Assembly (NCBI GenBank): GCA_038320545.1
Contig: JBBQEI010000022.1
Span: 2,159-66,158 of the forward strand
Reading direction: 5' to 3'
DNA from: Bacteroidales bacterium
GTDB lineage: Bacteria; Bacteroidota; Bacteroidia; Bacteroidales; JAAUTT01
Length of the DNA stretch: 64,000 bases
In this document: piece after piece, positions 58,454-64,000 of the stretch
Numbering within the stretch: position 1 is the first letter of the stretch
Layout: every line of letters begins with the position of its first letter
The notes under the pieces: model-generated
What the model was told of the DNA's origin: nothing
Database searches by the model: none
What the model saw: only the letters and a program-made list of their open reading frames with translations
Made by a program: the position numbers and the translations under genes

Positions 58454-59341
58454 CTAGCTCAAGGGCGACTTACTTAGTTTTTCGATCTGTTGCTTTGTCA
58501 GTCCGGTTAATTCAACAATTTCGTTGATGGATTTTCCTATTTTGAGAGCATTTAATGCCACTTTCTCAATTCCTTTTTCAATTCCTTTTTCAATTCCTTC
58601 CAATACACCTTCTTCTTTGGCAGTGTCCAATGAATTTTTAAGGTCGCGGTAATATTTTAAACTATCTTCGTAAGAGCGCACCTGTTCTGGCGTAAACCGG
58701 GCTATCTCTGCTGTCTCAAACAACTTGTCGAATATATGTTCCCTTAATTTATCGGGCACCCTGTCGAGTTTATTCAGGTTTTTGATCACATAGAGCCATT
58801 TGTCGAATCTGGTTTCAAGTTCATCTATGGTCTTGTTAAACTTGGGCATCTCCAGATATATAAACGTTAGTTTATCATAAAATACCTTATGAGTATCAAT
58901 ATCGGTCAATTTAACATCATATCTGAATTTCGACAGGTCATGCTTATCCTGTTCAAAAACAAAGTCAAGGATAGCAATGGTATAAACCGCCTGCAGTTCG
59001 TAATCCCAATCGGTCCTTTTGGCCTGCTCCCTTATCGGGAAGGTGGAATAGTAAACTGTTCTGTCCTTGAAAAAATTCTGTTTCGATTTTTGAAGTTCTA
59101 CTATAAATTTTTCTCCTTTTTCGTTTTCGCAATATAAATCGAAGATAGCTTTTCTGTCGGCCTCTGTTGTTCCTAAATATTCAGTTTTCAGATAGGTTAT
59201 CTGCTTAATGGCACCTTGCTCTTCCTTTAAAAGCTCATTTAAAAAATCTAAAAGCAGATCTTTGTTCAGCTCTTCCCCGAATAGCTTTTTAAATCCGTAA
59301 TCGGTAAAAGGGTTAATATATTTTTCTGCTAAATATGTCAT
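58454..59341 (-). CDS. Rpn / PD-(D/E)XK nuclease family (recombination-promoting nuclease, putative transposase)
   Basis: YINPFTDYGFKKLFG, RKAIFDLYC...FIVELQK, LEMPKF, C-terminal (GIEK)3 repeat and HTH-like ELTGLT. Confidence 0.9.
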   Translation of the reverse strand: MTYLAEKYINPFTDYGFKKLFGEELNKDLLLDFLNELLKEEQGAIKQITYLKTEYLGTTEADRKAIFDLYCENEKGEKFIVELQKSKQNFFKDRTVYYSTFPIREQAKRTDWDYELQAVYTIAILDFVFEQDKHDLSKFRYDVKLTDIDTHKVFYDKLTFIYLEMPKFNKTIDELETRFDKWLYVIKNLNKLDRVPDKLREHIFDKLFETAEIARFTPEQVRSYEDSLKYYRDLKNSLDTAKEEGVLEGIEKGIEKGIEKVALNALKIGKSINEIVELTGLTKQQIEKLSKSPLS

Positions 59342-59454
59342 TGTTATTTTTTGCAAATGTACTCAATCATTCTGAAATTTAGTCTGTTGCTCTGCCGTTT
59401 TGACCATAATTTGGCTGTTTAGAATTTGACAGCACGGTTGTGGTTTGCGGACTT

Positions 59455-60398
59455 CAAGCAAATGTCCCAAATTGTTAGAAAAATTAAATGAAATACTTTT
59501 CTGCAAACCGTTATCAATACAGAATATTTTTTTATTGTAAACAATTTGTTTTTTAAGAGAATAGTCGTATTTGTAACATTCAAGTATTAAATATGTTTGT
59601 GCAAATAATCAATATAATCTTTTATAGTGTTTACATTGCTAAGGGTTAAACCATTTTTTAACGAATTGTAGCTTATTTCTTTGGTAAAATTTGTGATGAG
59701 ATAATGAGCTAATTGCTTGAATGTTTTAATATTTCTTATTTCAAATCTTGCTATAAGGACTTTATATAATATATCCTCAAATATTTGTTGAATATACGAA
59801 ATATCATTGTTTAATAGAGACCCAGGGAATCCGCCGGCTAATAAATATTCGTCGAAAGCCTTTAAAACATTGGCTTTGATGTCCGAAGTAAGTGGCGAAA
59901 TTTCAATATTTTTATGTTTAATATATTCGCCAAACGAAAATGGGAACAATTCAATTTTTAAATATCTGCCTGTAAGATGTGTCGCCAGTTCCGAACTAAG
60001 TAGTTTCGAATTGCTGCCGGTAATGTATATTTTGTAATCTTCATCAAAAATTCTTCTTTACGAAGCGTTCCCAGTTTTATACATTTTGTATTTCATCAAT
60101 GAAAATATTTTTTGTTGCAGACCTTTTTTTAAAAATTAGCATTAAATTTTGGAAATCTGCTAATTCGAAGTTAAAAAGTCTTTCGTCGTCAAAGTTTATA
60201 TATAGAAAACCGTTGTAATTATTTGCAATTGATGAAGTAGTGTAGATTTGCCACAACGTCTAATACCTGTTATAACTACTATTTGAGACGTTTCGAGCAA
60301 TCGTTTATAATTGATATGTCGAGGAGTCCCAATTGATTTTTTTGTAACCATGCTTTTTGGTCGTCAACCACTTGCTCTATAAGTTGTTCAGACACCAT
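59455..60398 (-). pseudogene. Degraded AAA ATPase (AAA_14/DUF4143), paralog of 61387..62661
   Basis: Fragments ITGIRRCGKSTL, YINFDDERL, FIDEIQNV.NWE, TGSNSKLLSSELATHLTGR, GGFP, YCIDNG and NFSNNLGHLLE in different frames; truncated. Confidence 0.85.
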
Positions 60399-60678
60399 TT
60401 TATTTTTGTTAATTACATCAATACAAATATATCAAATTTGTTAATTATACTGGCAAAAATATTATACCGATAATTTTATTAATGTAGCCAATCCATTACA
60501 CAAAAAGGTGTTACGGCGTACGATAGACGCTACGCCGAGCGGGGAAGTGTCTCACTACGCTTGAACCCTCCGGCACAGTCGATAGCCCTGGCAAACTGCT
60601 GCCTTACCACTAATTTGCGACTTAGGGGCTACTGCTTACTACTAATTTCTATCTTTGTCAACAATCAATTTCTTCAAA

Positions 60679-61221
60679 ATGCAAACGGACCTCTCTCGTT
60701 TCGATAACTCCTGGTACAATCCCGGTGTCGGTTCCCTGAAAAGGACACTCTGGTATTTTATCAATGCATTTATCTTTAAGAAGCACTGGTTGCCTGTTTC
60801 TTCTGCTAAATGTGCATTGCTGCGTTTATTCGGGGCAAAGGTGGAAAAAGGGGTAAATATCAAACCCGGCGTAAATATCAAATATCCATGGAAGCTTCAG
60901 GTGGGCAGCTATTGCTGGATTGGGGAAGGTGTCTGGATCGATAATCTGGACGAAGTAACCATCGGCGATCATTGTTGTCTGTCTCAGGGCTCCATGCTGT
61001 TATGCGGAAACCATAATTACAGGGTGGAAACCTTTGACCTCATCACTGGACCTATTACCCTTGAAAGCGGCGTTTGGATCGGAGCCCGAAGCATCGTTTG
61101 TCCGGGTGTTATCTGTAAAAGCCATTCCATATTAGCTGTCGGTTCGGTTGCCACTAAGAATCTGGAGCCTTATGGCATCTACCAGGGAAATCCGGCGGTT
61201 TTGAAGAGGAAAAGATTTTAA
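60679..61221 (+). CDS. wcaF: WcaF-like hexapeptide-repeat acetyltransferase
   Basis: DLSRFDNSWY, LLRLFGAKV, IKPGVNIKYPWKL, CLSQGSMLLCGNHNY, IYQGNPA; a TATCTTTG promoter element at 60650-60657 supports the ATG at 60679. Confidence 0.85.
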   Translation: MQTDLSRFDNSWYNPGVGSLKRTLWYFINAFIFKKHWLPVSSAKCALLRLFGAKVEKGVNIKPGVNIKYPWKLQVGSYCWIGEGVWIDNLDEVTIGDHCCLSQGSMLLCGNHNYRVETFDLITGPITLESGVWIGARSIVCPGVICKSHSILAVGSVATKNLEPYGIYQGNPAVLKRKRF

Positions 61222-61386
61222 CCCAATGTCATTGCGAGGAGTTACAACGAAGTAATTCTTTAAACAAAAAAATAGAAACTTTATTTTGTAACATCAGGCG
61301 ACCCAAATAAACCAAATTATTGAAAATAGGGACCGGCCTTCTTTAATATTCATGATTTGAAATGGTCAAAAAAAAATGAGTATACA

Positions 61387-62661
61387 TTAATCTACACTGT
61401 TTTTTGATAAGAGCCATCTCCAGGCTTCAACTATTTTAATTTCGTTTTGTTCCACCCTCTTATCCTGATGAAGGTCTATATCGATAATAACTATTAATCC
61501 ATGTTTTAAATGATGAGTTTCCATGGCCTCTTTTAAGCCATTGTATTCACGGTTATAATTTTCGTTGGTTAAGGAATATACAACCTGAATGGCTTCTATA
61601 ATTTGCAACCCTTTTTTAATCAAAAAATCACATTCGAAGTTCCCGGAATAATAATACACTTCTTTCCCCCGGCGGAGCAATTCCAGAAAAATGATATTTT
61701 CCAATATCCTGCCTTTATTTTCTGAGAAATTAAAACCCAGTCGGTGGATAAACCCCTGATCGATGGCGTATACTTTTTTGGGATTCATAATTTGTTTTTT
61801 GACGGAGTAATCAAACTTTTTCAAAAAAAAGAATAAATAGGATTGCTCGTAGTATCCCAGATAATCTTTCACAGAGCTCAAACTTTTGATCCTAGAAATA
61901 GATTGAAGGGTTGAATACGAAAAGAGTTTGCCTACGTTGGAAGCAAAATATAACCCAATCTCCTTAATTTCTTTTACCTGACTTAACCGGTAACGCGAAA
62001 CAATATCGCGGTAAAGAATATCCTGGAAGTATCCATTAATCAGTTCCAGATCGTTTTCCTTAATTACCAAGGGGAAACCTCCTGTTGTGAGATAATGATT
62101 AAAGTTTTTTTGTACCAGCGCTTTTTGTTTCGAAGTAACATTTTCCATATCAACACTATTTCCTGTATATCTCAGGTATTCATAGAAAGAGAAAGGAAAT
62201 AATTCAATAACTTTATTGCGGCCGGTAAGGCTCGTGGAGATTTCAGTGCTTAACAGCCTGGCATTTGAGCCGGTTACAAATACTTTTATCCCCTTTTCGT
62301 AAATACGGTTAATAAATTTTTCCCATAACGGAATGTTTTGTATTTCATCAAAGAATAAAATCGGCTCTTTGCCATATATTTCGATATGAAGGTTAAAAAT
62401 TTCCCCGGTTACGGATACATCAGATGAAATCCTTTCATCATCAAAATTGAAATAGCAATAATCTTCTTCCGCAAGTTTCATTTTTTCTTTGATGAGGTAT
62501 AAAAGCGAAGACTTTCCGCAGCGCCTGATACCTGAAATTATAACAACCTGTTGGGTACGGATGTACTTGTCCAGATCAATATCGCGTTCGATAAGGTGCT
62601 TTTTTTGATTAAAAACTTCTTTCTGGTCCAGTACTATTTCTTTTAGCCGGTCTTTAATCAT
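61387..62661 (-). CDS. AAA family ATP-binding protein with DUF4143 C-terminal domain
   Basis: Walker A GIRRCGKS, Walker B FFDEIQN, TGSN, LTGR, GGFP, KVYAIDQG, ECDF..IQV. Confidence 0.9.
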   Translation of the reverse strand: MIKDRLKEIVLDQKEVFNQKKHLIERDIDLDKYIRTQQVVIISGIRRCGKSSLLYLIKEKMKLAEEDYCYFNFDDERISSDVSVTGEIFNLHIEIYGKEPILFFDEIQNIPLWEKFINRIYEKGIKVFVTGSNARLLSTEISTSLTGRNKVIELFPFSFYEYLRYTGNSVDMENVTSKQKALVQKNFNHYLTTGGFPLVIKENDLELINGYFQDILYRDIVSRYRLSQVKEIKEIGLYFASNVGKLFSYSTLQSISRIKSLSSVKDYLGYYEQSYLFFFLKKFDYSVKKQIMNPKKVYAIDQGFIHRLGFNFSENKGRILENIIFLELLRRGKEVYYYSGNFECDFLIKKGLQIIEAIQVVYSLTNENYNREYNGLKEAMETHHLKHGLIVIIDIDLHQDKRVEQNEIKIVEAWRWLLSKNSVD

Positions 62662-62767
62662 TTAAAATTAAAGTTATTCGTTAGTAACGAACAAAAATAC
62701 ATATTATCTTTCGTTATAAAGGATAAAAGCTGTCATTAATTCAAAAAAACTCTTATGATAGAGGAAA

Positions 62768-63460
62768 GCTCCTTAGGAGCGACCTCTTTGTAGCCAATCC
62801 ATTACACAAAGGGGTTTTGTGGGGTGCGATATCTTTGATCGAAACGGAATGCTGACATCGTCGCTTTGGCGAAATTTTGTTTAATTGCCTTTGGTGTCTT
62901 CTTAACGGTGTTTTCGACACTGCCAGGACCTGCGGACGCTGGCAGGTCGTTGTATTAGCAACCTTTGCGCCGGGCCAATACCTTTTCCAAAGCTCCAGAG
63001 GAGCGACCTATTTGTAGCCAATCCATTACACAAAGTGGTTTTGTGGCGAGCGATATCTTTGATTGAAATGGAATGACTGACATCGCCGCTTTGGCGAAAT
63101 TTTGGTTAATTGCCTTTGGTGTCTTCTTAACGGTGTTTTAGACGCTGTCAGGACCTGCGGACGCTGGCAGGTCTTTGTATAACTCACGCTCGACACTGCC
63201 AGGACCTGCGGACGCTGGCAGGTCGTTGTATTAGCAACCCTTGCGCCGAGCCGATACCTTTTCCAAAAGCTCCAGAGGAGCGACCTCTTTGTAGCCAATC
63301 CATTACACAAAGGGGTTTTGTGGCGTGGGATATCTTTGATCGAAACGGAATGACTGACATCGCCGCTTTGGCGAAATTTGGTTAATTGCCTCCGGTATCT
63401 TTTTAACGGTGTTTTCGACACTGCCAGGACCTGCGGACGCTGGCAGGTCGTTGTACAACT
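62768..63460. repeat. Tandem array of three composite palindromic units (about 190-280 bp)
   Basis: Units start with GCTCC..AGGAGCGACCT.TTTGTAGCCAATCCATTACACAAA at 62768, 62991 and 63269; each contains CTGCCAGGACCTGCGGACGCTGGCAGGTC or a near copy. Confidence 0.9.
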
Positions 63461-63529
63461 CACGCTAATTGACTAAATGGCCGGAGGCCGATAAGATACG
63501 ACATAGCAGCGAGCATCAGCGGCGTACAA

Positions 63530-63988
63530 TTATTTTTTACTGTATTTTTCTATTAACTTATCCATTAATTTATCGGATAATCTGAATCCTCTATTAACTA
63601 GTTTTAAAATTATACTCAGGATATCTTTAATTAATCCTCGCTTATCAGCAAGCACCAGAATACCAATTGTTCCAATAATCTCAATATGCAAAGACTCGGC
63701 AATCTTTCTACCTTTTATTTCATCTATGATTAGAACTGAATTATTTATTTCCAATGCTAAAGCAATTGAGCTTGCTTCTCCTTTATCCAATCTTTTTTCA
63801 ATTTCAGCTTGTTTATCTTTGTTCTTAACTTCCAAAACAACTATCCAATCTGGTAAGTCATTGCCAAACTCATTTTTTACTTCCTTGGTAATGAGTATTT
63901 CCTGATATAAATCTTTTAAAAGATTTAACAATCCAAGATTTTGTAATGCAATTAAGCAGCTTGTATCTGAAATAATTATTTTATCCAT
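63530..63988 (-). CDS. DUF3368 PIN-domain protein (VapC-like toxin)
   Basis: IISDTSCLIAL, LDKGEASSIALA, IIDEIKGRKIA, IGTIGIL; an upstream ORF appears to overlap its start at the window edge. Confidence 0.88.
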   Translation of the reverse strand: MDKIIISDTSCLIALQNLGLLNLLKDLYQEILITKEVKNEFGNDLPDWIVVLEVKNKDKQAEIEKRLDKGEASSIALALEINNSVLIIDEIKGRKIAESLHIEIIGTIGILVLADKRGLIKDILSIILKLVNRGFRLSDKLMDKLIEKYSKK

Positions 63989-64000
63989 TCATTACTTTTT

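Noticed and set aside
62768-63460. Possible CRISPR array (a 29-bp palindromic repeat recurring four times)
   Set aside because: The intervening segments are mostly about 195 bp (one is about 23 bp) and are homologous to each other rather than unique spacers; no cas genes are in the window.
63026-63463. 145-aa ORF with repeated TCQRPQVLAVS
   Set aside because: It is a translation of the DNA repeat array, and the frame is not kept in the first unit.

Overview
AT-rich Bacteroidota DNA, probably Bacteroidales/Marinilabiliales-like, judging by SusC/SusD/HTCS genes, a T9SS C-terminal domain and TAnnTTTG promoters. Left to right: (1) a minus-strand operon joining the C5 tetrapyrrole/siroheme pathway (DUF2061, sirC/cysG-N, hemA, a hemC-cobA-hemD fusion, hemB, hemL) to assimilatory sulfite reductase (cysJ, cysI); (2) a TetR-TolC-MFP-RND efflux operon; (3) two GlcG/HbpS-like domain genes, one fused to a secreted carbohydrate-binding module, and a decayed multiheme cytochrome c; (4) a beta-mannan PUL (GH26, SGBP, SusD, SusC, divergent HTCS); (5) a Rieske lipoprotein, the 3' remnant of a class IIC group II intron, ispD and DUF2461; (6) relics of a sigma54-type ABC exporter and an intact TetR-TolC-HlyD-two-permease operon; (7) cvpA, an MBOAT/SGNH acylation module and tRNA-Arg(CCT); (8) surface-polysaccharide genes (GT4, asnB-like, wcaF-like) mixed with TA modules, an Rpn nuclease, AAA ATPases and many palindromic repeats. 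The best novel candidate is a 34-codon ORF missing from the ORF track (9653..9757, minus strand; MLSIIPQTLSLKVYNTRSSVNCCCMWNCTCCCSC). It sits between a consensus promoter and the first gene of the siroheme/sulfite-reductase operon and looks like a cysteine-sensing attenuator leader peptide. The same operon encodes a HemC module that lacks the usual cofactor-anchoring C-terminal domain. Family names come from recognising motifs by eye; no database searches were run.
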